NCBI GenBank assembly: GCA_963843375.1
Contig: CAWJKT010000015.1
Coordinates: forward strand, 1-64,000
DNA from: an uncultured Pseudomonadota bacterium
GTDB taxonomy: Bacteria; Oederibacteriota; Muellerivitia; Muellerivitales; Muellerivitaceae
Direction: 5' to 3'
DNA: 64,000 nt
In this document: piece by piece, positions 31,554 to 41,039 of the stretch
Layout: each line of letters begins with the position of its first letter
Numbering within the stretch: position 1 is the stretch's first letter
Program-made: the position numbers and the translations under genes
The notes under the pieces: model-generated
The model's database searches: none
What the model was told of the DNA's origin: nothing
What the model saw: only the letters and a program-made list of their open reading frames with translations

Positions 31554-33113
31554 ATGAAGCTTAAATCAATTTATTACATTATCCTCTCGGTGTTTTTTAC
31601 TTATATTATTTTTCCAGCCTTGCCAGGAACTTCCGCAGTTTTTGCCCAACTTTCAACCGATGCAAACCAGCATTTCTCCGATGACCCGATTCTAAATTGG
31701 GGGGTTACCTGCGGAGGCTGCGGATCGGGCACGGGCGCTGTGACTTATGAACTAACGAACGGTGGGGCGCCATTGCAGGATACGGCTGATTCCAGCCCGG
31801 CAAGTCAAGGTTGGCTGTTGTCCAACAAAACCTGTGCGGCTTGTTCCGTGACCGTTACTTACACTGATCCGGATCCAGCAGGCGCTGGAACGCCGACCGG
31901 TGCCAGCTATATTGAATTAGACACATTTACGGTTGGTCAATCGCGGGAATTTGACCTTATGGTGACGGACACCAATGGAAATGTAGCCGGCCCTGTTACT
32001 AATAGCGATATCATTGTTGATTGTAATTCCCCTCCTGCGACGATCCAAGGCTCAACTCTCCCCGGTCAATGGACGACACTCTTCATTAATCTTGCTGGCC
32101 TAAATGCTCCCGTGAGTCAAGTGAATGTCATTATTCCATCTGGGGAAGCGGCTAATATGGCATCGGGGAACTATGTATATTTTGACAATCTTATCGAGTC
32201 GAATAATTTGCCCTGTATTGTTCCGCCTACAAATACCTTTACCATGACCCCCACTAATAGCCCCACCTTCACAGAGACATCCACCCCAACGAATACCCCA
32301 ACCATTACTTTTACGCCCACACTAACGCCGACTTTCACGCCGTCAGCTACCTCTACGCCGACCACTCCTTCCACTCCAACATTTACCCCCACCGCGACCC
32401 CTTCCTTTACTCCGACATTAAGTCCGACGCCAACCCTTTCTTTGACGCCAACCAGTAGCACTACCGGTACTCCCACTCAAACCCAATCATTTACCGCCAC
32501 TTCCACCGGAACAGCTCCACCCACACTTACCTTTACCCCTTCCCCAACGATAACCTTCACCCAAACATCCACCTTGACGTTGGTTCCTACCAATACCCCT
32601 TTACCCACATCCACAAATACATTTACCTTTACGCCTTCCAATAGCCCAACCGCTACTTACACTCTTACACTTACGTTCACACCGACTATTACCTTTACCC
32701 CCACCAATACCAATACGCCGACCATTACCAATACTCCTGGGCCAACTTCGACCTATACCCAAACCCCTTGTCCGATAGTGGTTTATCCCAATCCGATGGA
32801 TTTCCAGCATGTTCCGGCTTATTCCAATAATTGTCCCAGTGGAACCGCTTGTATTAAATTTGATTGTGTTCCAGTCGGTTCGACGTTGAAAATTTATACT
32901 GTTTCTCTAGGGCTCGTCCGAAACTTTACCGCGAACGAACCTTCCCCTATTTTCACCTTGGATTCGGGCCTGAATGTTGGCACCTTTCACTGGGATGGAA
33001 ATAATGGGGATGGAAATCCCGTTTCTTCCGGATTTTATCTTTATGTGGTTGAAGGTCCCGGTGGCAGGACTTTCGGTAAGTTTGCTATTTCACGTTCCTG
33101 GAACGGACCTTAA
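31554..33113 (+). CDS. Secreted protein: Cys-containing N-domain, Thr/Pro-rich stalk, T9SS-CTD/FlgD-Ig-like C-terminus
   Basis: Signal peptide; long T-P-T linker; VYPNP...LKIYT...LVR...WDGNNGDGNPVSSGFYLYVV. Confidence 0.8.
   Translation: MKLKSIYYIILSVFFTYIIFPALPGTSAVFAQLSTDANQHFSDDPILNWGVTCGGCGSGTGAVTYELTNGGAPLQDTADSSPASQGWLLSNKTCAACSVTVTYTDPDPAGAGTPTGASYIELDTFTVGQSREFDLMVTDTNGNVAGPVTNSDIIVDCNSPPATIQGSTLPGQWTTLFINLAGLNAPVSQVNVIIPSGEAANMASGNYVYFDNLIESNNLPCIVPPTNTFTMTPTNSPTFTETSTPTNTPTITFTPTLTPTFTPSATSTPTTPSTPTFTPTATPSFTPTLSPTPTLSLTPTSSTTGTPTQTQSFTATSTGTAPPTLTFTPSPTITFTQTSTLTLVPTNTPLPTSTNTFTFTPSNSPTATYTLTLTFTPTITFTPTNTNTPTITNTPGPTSTYTQTPCPIVVYPNPMDFQHVPAYSNNCPSGTACIKFDCVPVGSTLKIYTVSLGLVRNFTANEPSPIFTLDSGLNVGTFHWDGNNGDGNPVSSGFYLYVVEGPGGRTFGKFAISRSWNGP
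32222..32770 (+). repeat. Low-complexity Thr/Pro-coding repeat region
   Basis: Degenerate TPTxTF/TPTNT peptide repeats; C/A-rich DNA. Confidence 0.8.
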
Positions 33114-34084
33114 TGACCGAGGTTTTTTCCAAATGCATTGTCATAGTCACCCTTATGATATGGGGGCTAGTCTATGTACCTGCTTACTCCCAAACGGATA
33201 ACGGCGGTCGGGCGGCGTTTGATTTCCTGAAGATTTCGCCCATTTCCAGGGCTGTTGGGATGGGCGGTGCCTATACGGCCTTGGGTGATGATGTGGGTTC
33301 CATTTTTTACAACCCTGCAGGACTTGCCAGCGTATTGACCAATGAATTAAACGTGACTTATATTTCCCTTTACCAGAGTTTCAACTACGAATTTCTTGCT
33401 TATGCATATCCTTTGGGTGAGTCCCTTCCGTCCATCGGGGGAACCGTGGCTTTAAGTGCCAGCTTGCTTCAACCTGGAAATCAATCCCGAACCAATGATT
33501 CCGGCGTTACCACGGGTACATTTTCGAGCGGTGATCAGGTGTTTTCCCTGGCCTATGCAAGGGCCATTGGGGAACGGCTCCATGTAGGCCTTACCCTCAA
33601 CATGATCCAACAGCAGATTGATACAATCTCCAGTTCCATTTTTGACATGGATGCAGGAATCGTTGTTTTGCCTCCTTTTGACGGTATGCGTTTAGGTTTG
33701 TCCCTGAAAAATATCGGTTCCCAAGTGTCGGAGTTTGACCTTCCATTTACCTTGAACGCCGGGCTTTCCTACCGGCGATATGAGATTTTGAGCGAGCAGG
33801 ACGACGGCGCCTTGACGGCAGAAATATCCTTCCCTCTGGAGCCCATCGAGGACCCCGTAGGCGTAAAAGTGGGCGGTGAATACGATTTTAAGTGGGTTGG
33901 AAGCCGAGCAACCGTCCGGGCTGGCTATGAGTTTCTGGATACATCCCTGGATGGTGTCGGACTTGGCATCGGGGCAGGATATGGCTTGGATTTTGAGGGT
34001 ACGGTTCTTTTCCTGGATTATGCATATGCCCCGGCCGATATTTTTGGCGAAGCCCAACGTATCTCCATTACGACAAAATTTTAA
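33113..34084 (+). CDS. PorV/PorQ-like (UPF0164) outer-membrane beta-barrel protein 1
   Basis: FLKISPISRAVGMGGAYTALGDDVGSIFYNPAGLA; LDYAY; C-terminal Phe; TAATG overlap with the upstream gene. Confidence 0.8.
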   Translation: MTEVFSKCIVIVTLMIWGLVYVPAYSQTDNGGRAAFDFLKISPISRAVGMGGAYTALGDDVGSIFYNPAGLASVLTNELNVTYISLYQSFNYEFLAYAYPLGESLPSIGGTVALSASLLQPGNQSRTNDSGVTTGTFSSGDQVFSLAYARAIGERLHVGLTLNMIQQQIDTISSSIFDMDAGIVVLPPFDGMRLGLSLKNIGSQVSEFDLPFTLNAGLSYRRYEILSEQDDGALTAEISFPLEPIEDPVGVKVGGEYDFKWVGSRATVRAGYEFLDTSLDGVGLGIGAGYGLDFEGTVLFLDYAYAPADIFGEAQRISITTKF

Positions 34085-34104
34085 GTTTATTGAGAAGAGA
34101 ATAA

Positions 34105-35148
34105 ATGAATTCAACTCGTCTTATTCAAATATTCCGGATTTCACTTTTTTTCTTGGGCGTCATCGTTTTGGGTGATTCGGCGCGTTCCCAAACGGTGGGA
34201 ACGACCACAGCGGATATCTTAAAGATCAACGAAGGCGCCAGACCCGCGGCGATGGGGGGGGCCTACACGGCTATGGGGGACGATATATATTCCCTTAGTT
34301 ATAATCCCGCCGGATTAAGCTATTTAAAAGCATCCCAATTGGTGGTGGAGCATTTGGACAGCTTGGCCGGAATTGAATATGAGTATTTATCATTTGGCAC
34401 TGCGTTTGGCTCCAGCAACGTTTTGGCGTTTAATGCCACTTATCGTTCTCAGCCTCCCATTGACAACAATAATGGAAATCCGGCGGTTTATACGTACGAT
34501 CTCTTGCTCAGTCTTTCTTACGCCACGAAACTAGGAAGCAGTTTCCGGGCGGGAGCGACCTTTAAGTACCTTCAAAGCGAATTGGCGAATTATTCGGCTT
34601 CTGCGGTTGCTTTTGATCTGGGAGCGGTTCTGGACCATTTGCCGTTGGGTATCCGGGCCGGTGCCTCTGTCCAAAATGTCGGAACCGGAATGACCTTCAC
34701 CCCCGGGGGAAGCGGAGACGCCAACGGTGCGCCTTCTGAACCCCTTCCGCTTTTTTTGCGATTCGGGTTGGGGACACATCAGGTGATCGACAGTTACAAG
34801 GATTTGAATTTGGGCGTTGAATTGTTCTTGCCCTCCGATCAAGGCCTAAAGATGGGTCTCGGTGGGGAATATTGGGTTTTCCCGCAACTTTTCGTGATTC
34901 GAGCCGGCTACAAAATCGAAAATTTGGGTTCTCCCTATGGCGGAATTAATTCCGCCACAAACCAACCTTTCCCGGGCGTTTCAAACGCATTTCAGGATTA
35001 TACTTTGGGATGTAGCATTACCCGCGAGATCGATGGGGACGACTTCACCATTGATTTGGCATATGACCCTGCGGATTTCACTACGACCACGCAGGATACG
35101 TTCTTTTTCGCCCTTAACTTAAGGTTTAACCAACTGCGGATTTTTTAA
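34105..35148 (+). CDS. PorV/PorQ-like (UPF0164) outer-membrane beta-barrel protein 2
   Basis: LKINEGARPAAMGGAYTAMGDDIYSLSYNPAGL; AVAFDLG; IDLAY. Confidence 0.8.
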   Translation: MNSTRLIQIFRISLFFLGVIVLGDSARSQTVGTTTADILKINEGARPAAMGGAYTAMGDDIYSLSYNPAGLSYLKASQLVVEHLDSLAGIEYEYLSFGTAFGSSNVLAFNATYRSQPPIDNNNGNPAVYTYDLLLSLSYATKLGSSFRAGATFKYLQSELANYSASAVAFDLGAVLDHLPLGIRAGASVQNVGTGMTFTPGGSGDANGAPSEPLPLFLRFGLGTHQVIDSYKDLNLGVELFLPSDQGLKMGLGGEYWVFPQLFVIRAGYKIENLGSPYGGINSATNQPFPGVSNAFQDYTLGCSITREIDGDDFTIDLAYDPADFTTTTQDTFFFALNLRFNQLRIF

Positions 35149-35187
35149 TATAGGCTCTCGTCTCTTCAATGTTCGCTTTTTCTATAA

Positions 35188-35216
35188 TTGACAAGCATTG
35201 TTAGCCCTGTTAATCT
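35188..35216 (+). promoter_or_regulatory. Sigma70 promoter for tRNA-Phe
   Basis: TTGACA-17 nt-TAATCT with a TGn extension. Confidence 0.7.
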
Positions 35217-35272
35217 TCAAGCCCTGCAAAAGATGTTGTTGGTTTTAACTCAAAACTTCACAATTCTCTGGA

Positions 35273-35348
<76 letters not shown>

Positions 35349-35422
35349 CTTTTAAACTACTGTTGCACCACTGAAAAGTATTTCAGCATCACAAAAATCA
35401 TTGTCCCTAGAGAATTTTAGAG

Positions 35423-35465
35423 CCTCCGGTCCAAAGGTTTTCTCGGGCGGAGGTTTTTTGTTTTT
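35423..35465 (+). terminator. Probable terminator after the tRNA
   Basis: CCTCCG...CGGAGG stem followed by a T-tract. Confidence 0.55.
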
Positions 35466-35816
35466 GGCAGTCAGTGGCAGTTAAAGTCATCAAAAGTCCG
35501 AAAATGAACACTGCAAATGGCGCGTATATGACAAGTGAAATCCGATGCTTGTTTTTGAGCGGCGGTGAGTTACTCCGGTGCTCCACACCCTAATATTGCC
35601 TCCCTCGGTTCTATTGGGTGTAAATTAAGTTATGTCACTTTAAAAAGAGTAAAATCATATGAAATTATTATTCACTACGGGGACCCGTCGTGGACAGGTA
35701 AAGGTGGAGCGGAAGGCTCAATGGGTAAATTAGCTGTAAGAAACATAAACTCTACTGCGGAATTGAAGCGTGCAGTGATTAAGGGGTCTGGCTCCTTCAG
35801 TTTCTTGTGAAAAGGC

Positions 35817-37271
35817 TCATTGCGTGGGAGGGTCTTCTTTCAACAAAATTTGCTGGATGGCGTGCAATATTTTCTGGACCGCCTGCCTGCGATAATCCCA
35901 TCTTTGATCCCTGTCAGGCGGATTCACTACCATCGTCGCGTTAGCCTCAAATAAGAGGATATCCCCTTTATCATTGAGGCTAAAATCAACCCCTGCATAA
36001 TCAAGTCCCAAACTCGAACAAATTTTCCCCAATGCTTCAATCGCAGGTTTTCCAAGGACTTCCGGCATCTGGTTTAAAAATTTCAAATCCTCTTCACGGT
36101 TTTCAGGGTTTTCAGCCATTTCTGCGCTAAAAAAATGAATTTTCCAATCATGCGAAATAGCGGCGTGCAAGGGATACAATTTTCCATCGATCATCATGAC
36201 GCGGTATTTACGTATTTTTCCATCAGGGCTTCGGGCATCCAAATACTGAATGGCCAGAAGATTTTCCCCAGGAAGGTTCGGCAGGTGGTTTTTAAGCGCT
36301 TCCTCATTTTCAACATAAATGAAATGTCGGCCTTCATGAAATCCGGTCGAACGCAACAAGAAAGGGAAGGAAAAACCAAGTTCATTCAAATAACTCCCAA
36401 CCTGCGGGCTCATCAATGGGTCCCGTGAAACGAACGATGTTCGGGGCGTGATGACCCCTGGGATGGTCCCTAGTTTTTTGAGAATTTCCTGACGACCTGT
36501 TTGAATGACCCTGGATGGATGATTGATGACAATGGTTGAAGTTTTTTCCAATAGTTTAGCGGCGATTTCAAGGGCCGGACGGGAAAGGTCTGCGTCCCCA
36601 ATAGCATTCACCACCTTCTGATGGGGCGGTAAGGGTTGGTAAGGGTCAAAATACTCCACAAAAAGAACGGTGACTTGGAAGAGGTGGCTGTCAAAGTGGT
36701 GGCGAAGCCTGACCATGCCGCCCAAGGCCGATACAAGCAAAAGGACATTCACCGGCAAATCTTCCCCATTATAGGGCCAAATAAGGACCGGTTTTTGCCG
36801 GAAGGCCTTATCCCGGTATCGTTTGGCGTTCTGCTCATCCCTGGAGTCCGTCAACAAGTAGGCCATGCCTCGATTGGCGGCCCAATTTTCAGGATCAAGT
36901 CGAAGGGCGGCTTCGAAATTTAATCTTGCGTGTTCCTTTTCTTTAATTTGCGCCAGGACATTAGCGAGGTTGACATAACCGATGGGGTTCGAAGGATGTT
37001 TGATGACAGTGTCACGGTATATGGTAAGTGCCGCTGCTATAAAACCCGTCGCATAAAGCGTATTTCCAAATCGAGTTAAGGCCCCGAAATGGGTGGGCGC
37101 CTTTTTCAAAACCTCCCAAAATTCGCTTTTGGCTTCTTCCGTCCGTCCCAACTCGTCCAAAAGGCAAGCTCGTTGATAGCGCTCTTCGATCAAATCCGGA
37201 GAGGCAGCAAGTAACTTATTGATTTTTTCTAAAGCTTTAAGTTTTAAAAGGCGAGGGGGCCATTTATTCAT
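35817..37271 (-). CDS. TPR + ATP-grasp protein, copy 2
   Basis: Colinear with copy 1: RACLLxELGRxEEAK, PTHFGAL, YLLTDSRDEQ, DGKIRKxRVMMIDG, LFEANATMVVNPP. Confidence 0.85.
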   Translation of the reverse strand: MNKWPPRLLKLKALEKINKLLAASPDLIEERYQRACLLDELGRTEEAKSEFWEVLKKAPTHFGALTRFGNTLYATGFIAAALTIYRDTVIKHPSNPIGYVNLANVLAQIKEKEHARLNFEAALRLDPENWAANRGMAYLLTDSRDEQNAKRYRDKAFRQKPVLIWPYNGEDLPVNVLLLVSALGGMVRLRHHFDSHLFQVTVLFVEYFDPYQPLPPHQKVVNAIGDADLSRPALEIAAKLLEKTSTIVINHPSRVIQTGRQEILKKLGTIPGVITPRTSFVSRDPLMSPQVGSYLNELGFSFPFLLRSTGFHEGRHFIYVENEEALKNHLPNLPGENLLAIQYLDARSPDGKIRKYRVMMIDGKLYPLHAAISHDWKIHFFSAEMAENPENREEDLKFLNQMPEVLGKPAIEALGKICSSLGLDYAGVDFSLNDKGDILLFEANATMVVNPPDRDQRWDYRRQAVQKILHAIQQILLKEDPPTQ

Positions 37272-37279
37272 TTGCCATA

Positions 37280-37559
37280 CCTATGGTGAACCAGCAAACT
37301 CTTTACACGGGAATCCCCATTGGTCTCGCCCGTCTGTTGATGCCGGTAATCCGCTTTATAAGTCGCCATCTTTTCCCATCACTCGTCAATGTCGGCGATC
37401 AAGTTATCCTCCGCGTCATTCACGTAAACCCCCGCCGTGATATGCATGGCCGAAACAAAACCATGCCCTCCTTAATACCGCTTTTCTTGACGGTTTTTTC
37501 CACATCCAAGGTGATGTTGATATATTCCCTGAGATTCTTGGTATTAAACTACATTTCAT
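37280..37559 (-). pseudogene. YjbQ (UPF0047) family remnant
   Basis: My translation FNTKNLREYINIT...[23 protein letters not shown]...YRHQQTGETNGDS; in-frame stops, 3' truncated. Confidence 0.75.
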
Positions 37560-37843
37560 GCCTTAATACCTTTATCCAACCTCCTTAACGCTCCCATATT
37601 ATCAGGAGAATAACCAAAAGAAATGGTCCCAAACGTCTTGAAATCGTCATGTTATAGTTCAAACATGTTTCCAAATATTCAAATGGCTCAAAATTATGGA
37701 GGTCTCCAGACCTTTGCGAGGGGTTGAAAGCTTGATGATGGGTGGGGAATAAATTTTAAAACCGCTTAATTTATGATAAGGCCTTCGCAAAATCGATGGA
37801 AATGGACATTTCCATCGAGCAACGGTATAAATTACCAGGGTGT

Positions 37844-37895
37844 GGTCTGAAAATCCGCCTGTCGGCAGTTCAATTCTACCCCTCGGTCCACTTTT
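37844..37895 (+). repeat. Degenerate direct repeat of the tRNA-Phe 3' half (att-like)
   Basis: GGtCTGAAAATCCGCcTGTCGGCAGTTCAATTCTaCCCCTCGGt-CCACTTTT versus the tRNA; four substitutions and one gap. Confidence 0.9.
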
Positions 37896-38025
37896 CGCGA
37901 GAAGCTCAGATGATATTTAGAATTGATTGGAAAAATGTATATGGTTAAGCCCGCCTATTATCCATCAAGTGAAAAGTCGAAGATCATCACATTCTTTGGT
38001 GTTTTTGGCCGATCATAAGGATTTC

Positions 38026-39408
38026 ATGAACCCAATTTTCTCTGACATATTTAAGTTATGTGATATCCGCGGCGTTTATCCCAAATCATTGGGAAATCCC
38101 CAGGCAGAACAAATTGGTTTGGCGGTTGGAACGCTGGTTAAGGAAGAATATCATCGAAATATAAAGGTGGTAGTGGGTCATGATAACCGCCATTCAAGTA
38201 GTTCCCTAAATCGATTCCTGGTTCAGGGTCTGCGGAATACTGGTTTGAAAATCGTGGATGCCGGGTTGGTCTCATCCCCTCTGTTGGCATATGCCTCCCG
38301 GTTTTCTGGGGCTTCGGTGGGTGTCATGATTACGGCTTCCCATAAGTCTCCCGAATACAACGGGTTCAAGTTTTTTATCCAAGGCGTTCCTGTTCCGTTG
38401 ACCTGGATGGAGCGGCTTTACTCCGTTTTGAAGAGTCAAATATTTCGAAAAGGCGCCGGTGTAGTTGAAAAAAAGAGTTTTTACGCTGATTATCGCAATG
38501 CGCTGGTTAATACCGTGGCCCAAAATTTCCAAGGTCTCAAGATAGCGGTTGATTTGGGCAATGGAACTGCTTCCCTCACGGTTCCTATGGTGTTGGAAGC
38601 CCTTCATTGCGAAGTGGATTTACTGAACGCTGAAATCGACGGGGATTATCCGGGAAGAGGGGCAGACAGCTCCCAGCCTATGGGTTTAAGTGTTTTGGGT
38701 GAAAGAGTTCGAAAAACAAAGGCCCAATTGGGAGTGGCTTTTGACTGTGACGGAGACCGTATCAATTTTGTGGACGAAAAGGGTCGTGTAGTTCCCAATG
38801 ATCTCGTACTTTGTCTTTTTGCAACCGACCTTTTAAAACGACAAAAAAGTGGAAGTGTGGTTTACGATGGAAAATGCTCGGATTTGGTTGAAAAGACGGT
38901 CCGCGATTTGGGCGGGATCCCCTTGTTGGAAAAGACCGGATATTCCTTTATTTTTAATCGGATGAAAAAGGATAAATCCATTTTAGGGGGGGAGGCCAGC
39001 GGGCATTTTTTCCTGCCAGGTTCTTTTCCAGGGGACGCCCTTTATGCGTGCTTATGTCTACTGGATTTATTAAAAGGTAACCCAAAAACCTTTTCTTCAC
39101 TTTGTGGTCATTTTCCTATATTTGTCTCAACTCATGAGGTGAAGCTGGAACTGTCGACGGAAATGATCCCCCCTTTATATGAGGCGTTGAGAACCCGCGC
39201 GCTGGAAAAGGGGGCCAAAGTTTCCACCCTTGACGGAGTGCGTGCCTCTTTTGCTGATGGATGGGGAATTGTCCAGAATCCAACTAACGAGTCCTTTCTT
39301 TCGTGCCGTTTTGAAGGCGCGACTACGGGCAAACTAACCCAACTCATTAAAGAATGGTTTGTCGATTATCCGGATTTGGGCCAAGAGATTCTAAAAAAAA
39401 TGAAATGA
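38026..39408 (+). CDS. Phosphomannomutase/phosphoglucomutase
   Basis: DIRGVY, ITASH (phospho-Ser), FDCDGDR metal loop, GGEASGH, LDGVR. Confidence 0.9.
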   Translation: MNPIFSDIFKLCDIRGVYPKSLGNPQAEQIGLAVGTLVKEEYHRNIKVVVGHDNRHSSSSLNRFLVQGLRNTGLKIVDAGLVSSPLLAYASRFSGASVGVMITASHKSPEYNGFKFFIQGVPVPLTWMERLYSVLKSQIFRKGAGVVEKKSFYADYRNALVNTVAQNFQGLKIAVDLGNGTASLTVPMVLEALHCEVDLLNAEIDGDYPGRGADSSQPMGLSVLGERVRKTKAQLGVAFDCDGDRINFVDEKGRVVPNDLVLCLFATDLLKRQKSGSVVYDGKCSDLVEKTVRDLGGIPLLEKTGYSFIFNRMKKDKSILGGEASGHFFLPGSFPGDALYACLCLLDLLKGNPKTFSSLCGHFPIFVSTHEVKLELSTEMIPPLYEALRTRALEKGAKVSTLDGVRASFADGWGIVQNPTNESFLSCRFEGATTGKLTQLIKEWFVDYPDLGQEILKKMK

Positions 39409-39437
39409 CATTTTGTCGATAAAATGGCAAGGTTCCA

Positions 39438-39857
39438 ATGATTTACTGCGTTTTTGTAGGTCCCTTTAAGGATAACCGTCTCGAGCAAATGACGGGGGAG
39501 TTTCACCAACAGCTTGAACGTCTTTGGCCGGTAAGGATTTTAGAGTTGGTCGAAAAAGATAAGGAAATCCTCAAGTTTATCCATGAGAAAAACAAAAAGG
39601 CTTTACTGGTTTCATTAGATGCCCATGGCAATTCAATGGATTCGGCTTCTTTCGGCGGTTGGGTAACGAAATCTTCTCAGGATATTTATTTTTTTGGCTG
39701 GGGGGCGGATGGCCCGCCCCAGGGGCTTACGCGAACAGATTTTAGAAGCATGAGTTTATCGCCGATGACTTATTCCCACGAGATAGCACGCATGCTTTTG
39801 ATGGAACAACTTTTCCGGGCTGGCGCCGCCTTGCGGGGCCATCCCTACCCCCGGTGA
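39438..39857 (+). CDS. rlmH: 23S rRNA pseudouridine1915 N3-methyltransferase
   Basis: SLDAHG, WGADG, SLSPMTYSHEIARMLLMEQLFRA...GHPY. Confidence 0.85.
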   Translation: MIYCVFVGPFKDNRLEQMTGEFHQQLERLWPVRILELVEKDKEILKFIHEKNKKALLVSLDAHGNSMDSASFGGWVTKSSQDIYFFGWGADGPPQGLTRTDFRSMSLSPMTYSHEIARMLLMEQLFRAGAALRGHPYPR

Positions 39858-40017
39858 ACCGGGAATAAGCTGTCCAACCCATGTCAAAAGGGATAAAAGG
39901 AATAAATCAAGGTTATTGCGACTAAAATGAACTGCAACCAGCCGCATGTTCCAGCCGTCTTAAAGTAAACAGAAGAGAAGTTGATTGTCTGAAGCATTGA
40001 TAAACTGGGGGAAAAGA

Positions 40018-40824
40018 ATGAAACAAAAATTATTTTTAAAAATTTGTTCTATTGCCTTGATGGGATTTTTTTTAACCTTGTACGGGCCTTTTAAGGCTAT
40101 TTCACAGACTGACGACCAGACCGCCTCAGCGGCGCGGGTGGAATATGTTGTGGAAGATATCCAGGGAACCGTCCAAGTCCTGGAAGACGGCACTAAAGAT
40201 TGGGAGACCGCGCAAGAGGGTCAGGTCGTCGAAACGGGCGATGAAATTAAGGTGGGTGACAACAGCGAAGCCACCCTGACTATGCAATCCGATACTTCGG
40301 TTCATTTGAGCGCCGATACGGACATGAAAGTCGAGCAAATCGAAACCAATCAAACGAACGGTTTTTTAAGCCGTCTTCAAGTTTTTGCGGGCAGCCTCCT
40401 GGCCGATGTTAAAAAACACCTTGGAGATAGCCATTCGACATTTGAGATTGAATCCAACGGAGTTGTTTGCGGGGTCCGGGGAACGGCTTTCGAAGTCACT
40501 GCCACAGGCGATACAGCTGATGTTGCAACCCACGAGGGATCGGTTGCCGTAGGAAACGGAACCGAGTCGCATATGGTAGAGGCGGGCAATTTTTCATCTT
40601 TTCAAAGGGGCCATTTCATAGGCCAACGCCGATTGAACCGGTCGGAAATCAACAGATTTCAAAAGTGGAGAGCTTACCGCGAAATGGTTCGAAAAAAGCG
40701 TCTTAATCGCCTCGCTGATATTCGCGCCCACCGCAGGACGCCTTGGAAACGGCACCACCCACATTTGAGGCGGGCTTTCAACCGTCGTAGGGTGCAGGAA
40801 AAACGTCATAGGAACCAAGACTAA
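40018..40824 (+). CDS. FecR-domain exported protein with Arg-rich tail
   Basis: Signal peptide, GDEIKVGDNSEATL, VCGVRGTAFEV, VATHEGSVAV. Confidence 0.8.
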   Translation: MKQKLFLKICSIALMGFFLTLYGPFKAISQTDDQTASAARVEYVVEDIQGTVQVLEDGTKDWETAQEGQVVETGDEIKVGDNSEATLTMQSDTSVHLSADTDMKVEQIETNQTNGFLSRLQVFAGSLLADVKKHLGDSHSTFEIESNGVVCGVRGTAFEVTATGDTADVATHEGSVAVGNGTESHMVEAGNFSSFQRGHFIGQRRLNRSEINRFQKWRAYREMVRKKRLNRLADIRAHRRTPWKRHHPHLRRAFNRRRVQEKRHRNQD

Positions 40825-40871
40825 GGGCTTGGAATAGAAGCTTTTGACCGGTTAAAATAGTTGAACTTCAT

Positions 40872-40907
40872 AAGAGAGAGGGAGTGACCCCTCTCTCTTT
40901 GTTTTTT
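40872..40907 (+). terminator. Intrinsic terminator
   Basis: AAGAGAGAGGG-AGTGA-CCCCTCTCTCTT, then T-rich run. Confidence 0.75.
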
Positions 40908-41039
40908 ATCCGCCCTGCTTTGGAACATTCCACGTTTTAATTTGGAAAGCCGCAGGAATCGTCTTTTAGTTGAAAATAGAAAACTAAAAGACGGTTAATT
41001 CTATTTCGCGTGTCGGTAAAGAAAATTGACGGGAGTCCA

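Larger units (their letters stand above)
35349..37895. mobile_element. ~2.5-kb islet at tRNA-Phe, no integrase seen
   Basis: Bounded by the tRNA 3' half (35301-35353) and its degenerate direct repeat (37844-37895). Confidence 0.7.

Noticed and set aside
32171..32810. Val/Gly-rich minus-strand ORFs
   Set aside because: Antisense of the Thr/Pro-rich linker.
37283..37588. 101-aa + strand ORF
   Set aside because: Antisense shadow of the yjbQ remnant.
37844..37895. Second tRNA-Phe gene
   Set aside because: No 5' acceptor strand or D-arm, and the 3' end is mutated.
39392..39422. Sigma-28 promoter before rlmH (GTCGATAA)
   Set aside because: TAAA is 19 nt away rather than 15, and the gene is not flagellar.
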